A stretch of 32,000 bases of DNA. It comes from Pirellula staleyi DSM 6068 (GTDB taxonomy: Bacteria > Planctomycetota > Planctomycetia > Pirellulales > Pirellulaceae). The notes under the pieces were generated by a model. That model had not been told where the DNA came from. It worked only from the letters and a program-made list of their open reading frames with translations, and ran no database searches. Below, piece after piece: positions 10,932 through 18,226 of the stretch (positions within the stretch are counted from its first letter, which is position 1; each line of letters opens with the position of its first letter). The stretch lies in assembly GCA_000025185.1 (NCBI GenBank), contig CP001848.1, forward strand, positions 1,800,001 to 1,832,000, given 5' to 3'. Both the position numbers and the translations under genes were made by a program.

Positions 10932-11944
10932 TCACCACCCACAGCAAAACCAAGTTCGGATTGATCGGCGCCGGCGCGATTGCCCAGACTTATGGCCCCG
11001 CCTTTGGCCGCTCGCAGGAAGCGGTGCTCGTCGGTGTCACGGATGTCCGCGCGGAAGCAGCGCAGGCAATGGCCGAGCGGATGAATTGCCAGGCCTACGG
11101 CAACTATCTCGACATGGTCGAGCAAAGTGGCTGCGAGGCAGTGATTGTTTGCACGCCACCAGCGACCCATCCCGACATCTGCTGCGACCTGCTCGCGCGG
11201 GGGATCAACGTGCTGTGCGAAAAGCCACTCGCGGTGAGCCCGGCCGAAGCACGCCGCATGTTCGAGGCGGCTGAACGCTCGGAAGCGATGCTCACCATGG
11301 CGTCGAAATTTCGCTACGTCAGCGATGTGATTCAAGCCCGCTCGATCGTCGCCTCGGGGACGATCGGCGACATCATCCTGTTCGAGAACGCCTTCACCTC
11401 GCGCGTCGATATGACCCATCGCTGGAATAGCGATCCGACCCTCAGTGGCGGCGGTGTGCTCATCGACAACGGCACGCACTCGGTCGACATCATGCGCTAC
11501 TTCCTCGGCCCTCTGGCGGAACTGCAAGTGCTCGAGGGACGACGGGTCCAGGATATCCCGGTGGAAGATACCGCGCGGATGTTCGTGCGGAGTGTCGAGG
11601 GGGTGATGGGGACGATCGACCTGTCGTGGAGCATCAATAAAGAGCTGCCAAACTACCTCAGCATCTACGGCTCGGCTGGCACCGTGCATGTCGGCTGGAA
11701 GGAATCGAAATTCCGCCGCAGCGACGACAAGGAATGGACGGTCTTTGGCAGCGGCTACGACAAGCTGCAAGCGTTCAGCAGTCAGCTCGACAACTTTGCT
11801 CGCGCGATCAAGGGACTCGAAACGTCGCTCATCACGCTACAAGACGCCCTCGCTTCGGTCGAAGTGATTGAAGCGGCCTACGACGCCATGTGGCGCAGCA
11901 GTTGGCGCAAGATCGACAACGATCTCTCGCAGCTCGTCGCCTAG
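10928..11944 (+). CDS. Gfo/Idh/MocA-family NAD(P)-dependent sugar oxidoreductase (WbpB/WlbA/GnnA-like by context)
   Basis: 338 aa. N-terminal Rossmann segment KFGLIGAGAIAQ. EKP motif (VLCEKPLA). Translationally coupled to the aminotransferase. Confidence 0.85.
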   Translation: MITTHSKTKFGLIGAGAIAQTYGPAFGRSQEAVLVGVTDVRAEAAQAMAERMNCQAYGNYLDMVEQSGCEAVIVCTPPATHPDICCDLLARGINVLCEKPLAVSPAEARRMFEAAERSEAMLTMASKFRYVSDVIQARSIVASGTIGDIILFENAFTSRVDMTHRWNSDPTLSGGGVLIDNGTHSVDIMRYFLGPLAELQVLEGRRVQDIPVEDTARMFVRSVEGVMGTIDLSWSINKELPNYLSIYGSAGTVHVGWKESKFRRSDDKEWTVFGSGYDKLQAFSSQLDNFARAIKGLETSLITLQDALASVEVIEAAYDAMWRSSWRKIDNDLSQLVA

Positions 11945-11998
11945 TTTTTCGAATCCCCTTTTGCCGCTTTTTTCAGATTAGATCGGTAGCGCCTGCCA

Positions 11999-12673
11999 GT
12001 GGCCGTTCGCATTCACCCCACCGCCATTATCGAGCAAAACGTCCATCTGGGAGATGGGACGAGCGTGTGGGACTGCGCCCATATTCGCCACAGCACGACG
12101 CTCGGCGAGCAATGTCTCGTCGGTGGCAAGGCGACGATTGCCTACGGGGTAACGATCGGCAATCGCGTTAAAATCAACTCGCTCGCCTACATCTGCAACG
12201 CTGTCACCATCGAAGATGGGGTGATGATCGCGGCAGGGGTGATTTTTACGAACGATGTTTTCCCTCGCGCGACGACCAGCGATCTGAAAGCACTTCGCAG
12301 CAGCGCGCCGGATGAACACACCCTTCCAACGCTGGTGAAATGTGGCGCGACGATCGGTGCTGGCGCAATCATCGGCTGCGATCTTTCGATCGGCCGCTTC
12401 GCGATGATTGGCATGGGAAGTGTCGTCACGAAATCGGTCGACGATTTTCATCTGGTGGTTGGCAACCCCGCCCGTTCGATCGGCGCTGTTTGCCGCTGCG
12501 GCCAGTCGCTCCTGAAATGGAGTGACGACGCACTCGCCACTGGGGCGCCTGTCACAGTCAACTGCTCGGCTTGCAGTCTCCCCTACGAAATTCGTGGCCA
12601 GCAAGTGCTCGAGCTTGCTCCACCCGAGAGCGCGACAGCTCCTCTCGCAGCGAAGGGAGCGGCCTCACCATGA
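11999..12673 (+). CDS. Left-handed beta-helix (hexapeptide) sugar N-acetyltransferase, WbpD/WlbB-like, with C-terminal four-Cys tail
   Basis: GTG start. Hexapeptide repeats throughout (IHPTAIIEQNVHLGDGTSVW..., VVGNPARSIG). CxC at 12491-12499 and CxxC ending at 12574. Confidence 0.85.
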   Translation: MAVRIHPTAIIEQNVHLGDGTSVWDCAHIRHSTTLGEQCLVGGKATIAYGVTIGNRVKINSLAYICNAVTIEDGVMIAAGVIFTNDVFPRATTSDLKALRSSAPDEHTLPTLVKCGATIGAGAIIGCDLSIGRFAMIGMGSVVTKSVDDFHLVVGNPARSIGAVCRCGQSLLKWSDDALATGAPVTVNCSACSLPYEIRGQQVLELAPPESATAPLAAKGAASP

Positions 12674-14067
12674 GCTGCCAGCCTTCGGAAAAAAATTCGA
12701 TCGCCATCGTCGGTGGCGGAGTTCTAGGACTCACGCTCGCCTTGCGACTGGCCGAGCAAGGGGAAAAGGTCACGCTGCTGGAAGCTGCTGAAGATCTCGG
12801 CGGACTGGCGAGCGCCTGGACCATCGGCAATGTAACCTGGGACCGGCACTACCATGTGACGCTCCTCTCCGATGCCCAGACGCGCGGACTGCTCGCCGAT
12901 CTCGATCTCGAGAGCGACATGCGCTGGGTGCAGACACGCACCGGGTTCTATGTCGATGGAAAGCTCCACTCGTTCTCGAGCAGCCTCGATTTTTTGAAGT
13001 TCCCACCCCTCTCGCTCGTCGATAAGTTCCGCCTCGGCTGGACCATCTTCTGGGCGTCGAGGCTCACCGATTGGCGAGCGCTGGAACAAATTCCTGTCGG
13101 CCAGTGGCTGACGCGGCACTCGGGGAGACGGACGTTCGAAAAAATCTGGCAACCGCTGCTGAAGGCCAAGCTCGGCACCGCTTGGAAGCGCACCAGCGCG
13201 GCGTTCATCTGGTCGACGATTCAGCGACTCTATGCCGCGCGCCGGAGTGGCCTGAAGCGGGAGATGTTCGGCTATTTACCCGGCGGATATGCCCGCATCT
13301 TTAGCGCGCTTGAGCACAAGCTCCAGTCGCTCGGCGTTCAGATTCGGAAGTCGTTTCCGGTACAAAGTGTCTGTCAGAACGCAGATGGATCACTCGCCGT
13401 TACCTCAGCCGCTGGCGACGTGCAAACGTTCGACCGCGTGGTGGTGACCACTGCTACACCGATCGCTGCCAAACTGTGCCCTGATCTGTCGAGTGATGAG
13501 CTTGCGCGACTGCGGGCTGTCGAGTATCTCGGCATCGTTTGCGTTTCAGTCCTCCTCAAACAGCGGCTGGCCGATTACTACGTCACGAACATCACCGACG
13601 ATGCGCCGTTCACAGGGGTGATCGAGATGACAGCGCTCGTGAGTCCCGAGGAGCTTGGTGGTCAGCATCTCGTCTACTTGCCCAAGTATGTCACGGCCGA
13701 TGATCCGATCGCAAAGCTCACCGATGAGCAGGTCGAAACGTTGTTCGTCGAGCATCTGCTGGCGATGTATCCGCACGTTTCGCGCGACGACATCAGCGCC
13801 CTGCGGATCTCGCGCGTGAAGCAAGTTTTCGCTCTCTCGACACTCGGCTACAGCTCCACCGTCCCTGCTCAAACGACGTCGATTCCCGGGCTTTTTCTGG
13901 TGAATTCGTCGCAAATCGTCAACGGAACGCTCAACGTCAACGAGACGATTCGGCTCGCCGAGTCATCGCTCAGCACGGTGCTCGCTCTTTTTCCACGCTC
14001 GACCACCTCTCAAGAAAGGAGTGCCCACGATGCCGCGTCTAACCGCGAGCTTGTCGCTCGATCTTGA
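12670..14067 (+). CDS. NAD(P)/FAD-dependent oxidoreductase (amine-oxidase / protoporphyrinogen-oxidase / UDP-galactopyranose-mutase superfamily), substrate unknown
   Basis: Preferred start ATG 12670, overlapping the previous stop (ATGA). The N-terminus SIAIVGGGVLGLTLALRLAEQGEKVTLLEAAEDLGG is a dinucleotide-binding fold. The ORF-track start at 12571 gives an Arg/Ser-rich, non-protein-like extension. Confidence 0.75.
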   Translation: MSCQPSEKNSIAIVGGGVLGLTLALRLAEQGEKVTLLEAAEDLGGLASAWTIGNVTWDRHYHVTLLSDAQTRGLLADLDLESDMRWVQTRTGFYVDGKLHSFSSSLDFLKFPPLSLVDKFRLGWTIFWASRLTDWRALEQIPVGQWLTRHSGRRTFEKIWQPLLKAKLGTAWKRTSAAFIWSTIQRLYAARRSGLKREMFGYLPGGYARIFSALEHKLQSLGVQIRKSFPVQSVCQNADGSLAVTSAAGDVQTFDRVVVTTATPIAAKLCPDLSSDELARLRAVEYLGIVCVSVLLKQRLADYYVTNITDDAPFTGVIEMTALVSPEELGGQHLVYLPKYVTADDPIAKLTDEQVETLFVEHLLAMYPHVSRDDISALRISRVKQVFALSTLGYSSTVPAQTTSIPGLFLVNSSQIVNGTLNVNETIRLAESSLSTVLALFPRSTTSQERSAHDAASNRELVARS

Positions 14068-15094
14068 TAACAAGTGGTCGTACATGAAGACCCACGGCGA
14101 TGCTGGCTGGGACAAGTTCCCGAGCTACCTCGATGTCGTCGTGCCCCGCTTCCTCGATGTGCTCGATCGACAGCAGCTGAAGATCACCGTGTTTGTCGTG
14201 GGACAAGATGCGGCGCTGTCAGAGAATCATGCAGCGCTTCGGATGATCGCCGCGCGGGGTCATGAAATCGGGAACCACTCGTTCCATCACGAGCCTTGGC
14301 TGCATCTCTACTCGCGCGAGCAGATTGAGACTGAACTGGTCGCTGCTGAAGAGGCGATTTACGAAGCGACTGGCTCGCGAACGATCGGTTTTCGTGGGCC
14401 TGGCTACAGCTTATCGGCCGATGTGCTGCGGACCCTGGCGAGTCGCGGCTATCAGTACGATTGCTCTACTTTTCCCACATTTTTGGGGCCCTTAGCCCGC
14501 GCCTACTACTTTTTGACCGCGAAACTTTCACCCTCGCAAAAAGCAGAACGCAAACGACTCTTTGGTAAGTGGACCGAAGGTTTTCGTCCGGTTCACGCTT
14601 ACCAGTGGAACGTCGACGGAGAAATGCTCGTCGAAGTGCCGGTCACTACTATGCCCCTGCTCCGCTTGCCGATGCACCTGAGCTACTTGCTCTACCTCCG
14701 TCAGTTTTCCGCTGCCGCTGCGTGGAGCTATTTCCATTTGGCGATGGCGCTTTGCAAACTGCGCGGCGCACAGCCGTCGATGCTGCTGCATCCGCTCGAT
14801 TTTCTCGGTGGCGACGACGAGCCCGATCTGTCGTTCTTTCCGGCGATGAAGCTCTCGGGCGAAGTGAAAACGAAATTTGCCGAAGAGGTGCTTCGCGTCT
14901 TTGCCAGCCACTTCGACGTGCTGCCGATGCAGGCGCATGCGGCCCGGCTTGCGCGCGAGAAGCTCCCGGTGCGAGCTCTCCCGGTGACCGAGCCGAGCGC
15001 ACTGCCGCTCGAGCCCAGATCGTATCCACAGCGGAAATCCCGCGGTGAATCGCGATTGTCGACCAAGCCCGAACTGGTGGAGGAGACGCGATGA
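14030..15094 (+). CDS. Polysaccharide deacetylase (NodB homology domain), no signal peptide (cytoplasmic)
   Basis: Motifs SLDLDN and GHEIGNHSFHH. AAAGGAG lies 8 nt upstream of ATG 14030 (alternative GTG 14021). Overlaps the upstream gene by 38 nt, and its stop overlaps the wecB start (ATGA at 15091). Confidence 0.8.
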   Translation: MPRLTASLSLDLDNKWSYMKTHGDAGWDKFPSYLDVVVPRFLDVLDRQQLKITVFVVGQDAALSENHAALRMIAARGHEIGNHSFHHEPWLHLYSREQIETELVAAEEAIYEATGSRTIGFRGPGYSLSADVLRTLASRGYQYDCSTFPTFLGPLARAYYFLTAKLSPSQKAERKRLFGKWTEGFRPVHAYQWNVDGEMLVEVPVTTMPLLRLPMHLSYLLYLRQFSAAAAWSYFHLAMALCKLRGAQPSMLLHPLDFLGGDDEPDLSFFPAMKLSGEVKTKFAEEVLRVFASHFDVLPMQAHAARLAREKLPVRALPVTEPSALPLEPRSYPQRKSRGESRLSTKPELVEETR

Positions 15095-16281
15095 TTCAGC
15101 CGCTCCGACCACTGCTAGTGATGGGGACACGTCCCGAAGCGATCAAGATGGCGCCGATAGTGGCCCGCTGCCGCGAGCATGTGGCGATCGATCCGATCGT
15201 CTGTTTCACCGGTCAGCACGACACGATGCTGCGTCAGGTGACCGACTATTTTGGGATCGAGCCCGATGTCGATCTGAAGCTGATGGAGCCGGGGCAGTCG
15301 CTCACTCGTCTCACCGCGCGGGCGCTCACGGCCCTCGATGAGACGATGGAAAAGTTTCATCCCGATTGTGTGGTGGCGCAAGGTGACACGACGAGTGTGC
15401 TCGCTGCTGCGATGGTGGCGTTCTATCGTCGTTTGCCCCTAGTGCATGTCGAAGCGGGATTGCGGACCGGCGATCTCTCGGCCCCTTGGCCCGAGGAATA
15501 TAACCGCCGTGTCGCTTCGATCACCACCGCGCTGCACTGTGCTCCGACAGAGTTTGCCGCTGCTGCTCTCGAACGCGAAGGCGTATCTCGCGCGGCGATT
15601 CGCGTGACCGGCAACACCGTCATCGATGCCCTGCTGGAAACAGCCGACCGGGAACGAGCGCGAGCCGATCATTGGCAGGCCAAGCATGCGTATCTCGGCG
15701 ACCGGCCGATGGTGCTCATCACCGCCCATCGTCGCGAAAATCACGGGGCGGGGCTCGACAGCGTGTTCGCAGCGATTGCACAACTGGCCCACGATTTCCC
15801 GCATGTTTCGTTCGTGTTTCCGGTCCATTTGAACCCTCAGGTGCAGCGTGCGGCAGCCGAGCATCTGGCGTCGGTGCCGAATGTCCAGCGACTCGATCCT
15901 CTGCCGTACCCCGAGTTCGTCTGGATGATGGATCGCGCGAAGTTGATTGTGAGCGACTCGGGTGGCGTTCAAGAGGAAGCACCGTCGTTGCGGCGGCCTG
16001 TGCTTGCTTTGCGTGAGACGACCGAACGCTCGGAAGCGGTGGATGTCGGCGCGGTACGACTAGTCGGCTGCGACCCCACGAAGCTGATCGCGTCGGTCCG
16101 CCAGCTGCTGACCGACGACGCTGCCTACCGGGCGATGCAGGTCGAGCACTCCCCTTTTGGCGATGGAACAGCAGCTCAGCAGATCATTGATTGGATGCTG
16201 GAAACCTGGCGTCCCGAGCACGCAGCTGGCGAACTTGAGACGTCCGCTGTGCTTGCTGGGGGAGTCGCTTCCCCGTCGTAA
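15091..16281 (+). CDS. wecB: UDP-N-acetylglucosamine 2-epimerase, non-hydrolysing family (WecB/WbpI/MnaA-like)
   Basis: 396 aa. Motifs LLVMGTRPEAIKMAP, HVEAGLRT, DSGGVQEEAP. Confidence 0.9.
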   Translation: MIQPLRPLLVMGTRPEAIKMAPIVARCREHVAIDPIVCFTGQHDTMLRQVTDYFGIEPDVDLKLMEPGQSLTRLTARALTALDETMEKFHPDCVVAQGDTTSVLAAAMVAFYRRLPLVHVEAGLRTGDLSAPWPEEYNRRVASITTALHCAPTEFAAAALEREGVSRAAIRVTGNTVIDALLETADRERARADHWQAKHAYLGDRPMVLITAHRRENHGAGLDSVFAAIAQLAHDFPHVSFVFPVHLNPQVQRAAAEHLASVPNVQRLDPLPYPEFVWMMDRAKLIVSDSGGVQEEAPSLRRPVLALRETTERSEAVDVGAVRLVGCDPTKLIASVRQLLTDDAAYRAMQVEHSPFGDGTAAQQIIDWMLETWRPEHAAGELETSAVLAGGVASPS

Positions 16282-16400
16282 GTAGTAAAGAGTTGTTAAA
16301 TAATTACAAATTAGTAAGTTCATGGTTGCTAAATGACTGTTTAGTAATAATTGGATAGTTACTAAAGAAAACTGAACTGATGTTTTTGCCAATGAACCGC
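16282..16400. promoter_or_regulatory. AT-rich island with periodic TTAGTAA/TAGTAA repeats between wecB and the initiating transferase; candidate internal promoter/operator
   Basis: My hand count gives about 26% G+C over 16281-16380, in an otherwise GC-rich window. TAGTAA at 16283-16288. TTAGTAA at 16311-16317 and 16341-16347. Inverted TTACTAA at 16359-16365. Direct copies are spaced 29-30 bp apart. Confidence 0.35.
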
Positions 16401-16526
16401 TGGGTGGCGGGCACGTGGCGAGGAACGTTTCAGAGAGTTGGGTGGCGCGGCTAGTTCTAGGAGAAGTAGCTGCGGGATCGTTGCCTGGATTGATTGCCCA
16501 CACCATGAGTTCGAAGCCTGCCCCAC

Positions 16527-18059
16527 ATGACGCTTGATTCGTTGACCCAAGCGACCGCAAGTCGCACACCCAAAATCGACCGACGTGAGATGCGCGATGG
16601 TCGCGCCACGTCGTCGTCGACGCCTGCTCCCCTCGCCAAAACCGTCACGCTGGGCACCGCTAGCGGGCAGTTCTCGACGGCGCTACTCGCCACCGCCGAT
16701 GTCATAGCGATCTTCTCAGCGACCGCGATCAGCTGGCTGATTGCGACCAAAATTTCGGTGGTGGTGGCGGAGCTTTCGACCCTGCAATCGCTCCGCCTAG
16801 CGGCCGTTCTGATTGCGGGACATCTGACCCTCGCGCTCTACGGCGGACTTTACGCTGCCATCCCGCTGGCACCTGCTCGCGAACTGCGGCAATGGTTCTT
16901 CGTCTCGGCGATGCTGCTGCTAGGTGTCGCCGCACTGGCCGCTCTGGGTGTGTTTCCCGTGCCGGTGATTGGTTGGCTGATGCTCGGCATCGGGCTGGTC
17001 GCGATCTTCGCGCCGATTGCTCGGACTATCGTTCGGCTCACGCTCGGCAAGTCGCGCTGGTGGGGTCGACGAGTGGTGATCGTGGGTGGTGGCGAACTGG
17101 CCGCTCGTACGTTGCATCGGCTCCTCAGCAAACCGCAACTGGGACTCCGTCCGATCGGTTTTGTCGACGATCAATCGACCTCTTCTTCGGCGATTGATCC
17201 AGCGCTCTATCTCGGGACCTATTCCGAACTCGCCGAAATTGCGAGTACGCATGGGACCAGTACGGCCGTGATTGCCTCGGATGCTTTTGATGCCGACGAA
17301 ATGTGCCAACTCGTTTCGCGCACGCCGTGTGGCATTCGTCACTGGCTCGTCCTGCCGCTGCACGATCATCTCCCGTCGCTCTGGACATCCGCCGTCGACG
17401 TGGGTGGTCGCCCTGCGCTTTCGGTTTCGAATCTGCTCGCCTCGCCGTGGCGTCGCGCGGTGAAACGCTCATTCGATCTCGTCGTCACGCTGCTGGGACT
17501 CGCGCTGATTTGGCCGCTGCTGCTGGCACTTGCATTGCTCGTGAAGTTTTCCTCACGCGGGCCGGTCTTCTACTCGCAAGAGCGTGTGGGCTATGGTGGC
17601 AGTCGCTTCCGCGCATGGAAGTTCCGCTCGATGCATCTCGATGCCGAGGAACTCCTCAAGCGACATCTGGCGGCCGATCCAGCACTTCGCGAGGAATGGG
17701 AAGCAACGCACAAACTCAAGCACGATCCGCGTGTGACATGGATCGGCAGGATCATGCGGCGGACGAGCCTCGACGAACTTCCGCAAGTGTTCAACGTGCT
17801 GATTGGCGAGATGAGTCTCGTCGGTCCGCGCCCGATCGTTGAAGCAGAGATCGTGAAGTATGGCGATCGCTACGGAAGCTATCAGCAAGTGGTTCCCGGC
17901 ATCTCGGGGCTCTGGCAAGTCTCGGGTCGTAACAACACCACCTATCGTGAACGGGTCGAACTCGACGAGTTCTACGTGAATAACTGGTCCCCTTGGCTCG
18001 ATCTCTACATCCTCGCTTGCACGGTCAAAGTGGTGCTACTGGGAGAGGGTGCCTACTAA
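16527..18059 (+). CDS. Polyprenyl-phosphate glycosyl-1-phosphate transferase (large WbaP-type bacterial sugar transferase; initiating enzyme)
   Basis: 510 aa. N-terminal TM block plus a C-terminal sugar-transferase domain (KRSFDLVVTLLGLALIWPLLL, GPVFYSQERVG, FRAWKFRSM, DELPQVFNVLIGEMSLVGPRP). Exact start uncertain. Confidence 0.9.
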   Translation: MTLDSLTQATASRTPKIDRREMRDGRATSSSTPAPLAKTVTLGTASGQFSTALLATADVIAIFSATAISWLIATKISVVVAELSTLQSLRLAAVLIAGHLTLALYGGLYAAIPLAPARELRQWFFVSAMLLLGVAALAALGVFPVPVIGWLMLGIGLVAIFAPIARTIVRLTLGKSRWWGRRVVIVGGGELAARTLHRLLSKPQLGLRPIGFVDDQSTSSSAIDPALYLGTYSELAEIASTHGTSTAVIASDAFDADEMCQLVSRTPCGIRHWLVLPLHDHLPSLWTSAVDVGGRPALSVSNLLASPWRRAVKRSFDLVVTLLGLALIWPLLLALALLVKFSSRGPVFYSQERVGYGGSRFRAWKFRSMHLDAEELLKRHLAADPALREEWEATHKLKHDPRVTWIGRIMRRTSLDELPQVFNVLIGEMSLVGPRPIVEAEIVKYGDRYGSYQQVVPGISGLWQVSGRNNTTYRERVELDEFYVNNWSPWLDLYILACTVKVVLLGEGAY

Positions 18060-18226
18060 GTGAAGTTCACTTTCCCGTTTGGGGGAGCGGTTGTTTCGTC
18101 CGATTTTCTCGAAGAATACGAGCGACTCAAGTTCGAGACTGAAGGATGCGGGTGGTTGGTAAGTTGCGACGACAGTGCAGAGGTTGTTGAGGTAGCGAGT
18201 GGCGACAACGTCGTCGGCCGTGGAAT

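Noticed and set aside
8694-12604. Long minus-strand ORFs 8694..9650, 9660..10724, 10874..11770 and 11978..12604
   Set aside because: Each is antisense to a plus-strand gene with clear family motifs (GT2, DegT, Gfo/Idh/MocA, hexapeptide transferase). Their products are Arg/His/Asp-rich and non-protein-like.
18060-18070. Palindrome GTGAAGTTCAC immediately after the transferase stop, considered as a terminator
   Set aside because: A 5-1-5 palindrome cannot form a stable RNA hairpin because the loop is too small, and the following T-run is short. It may be a protein site, but a single short palindrome is weak evidence.
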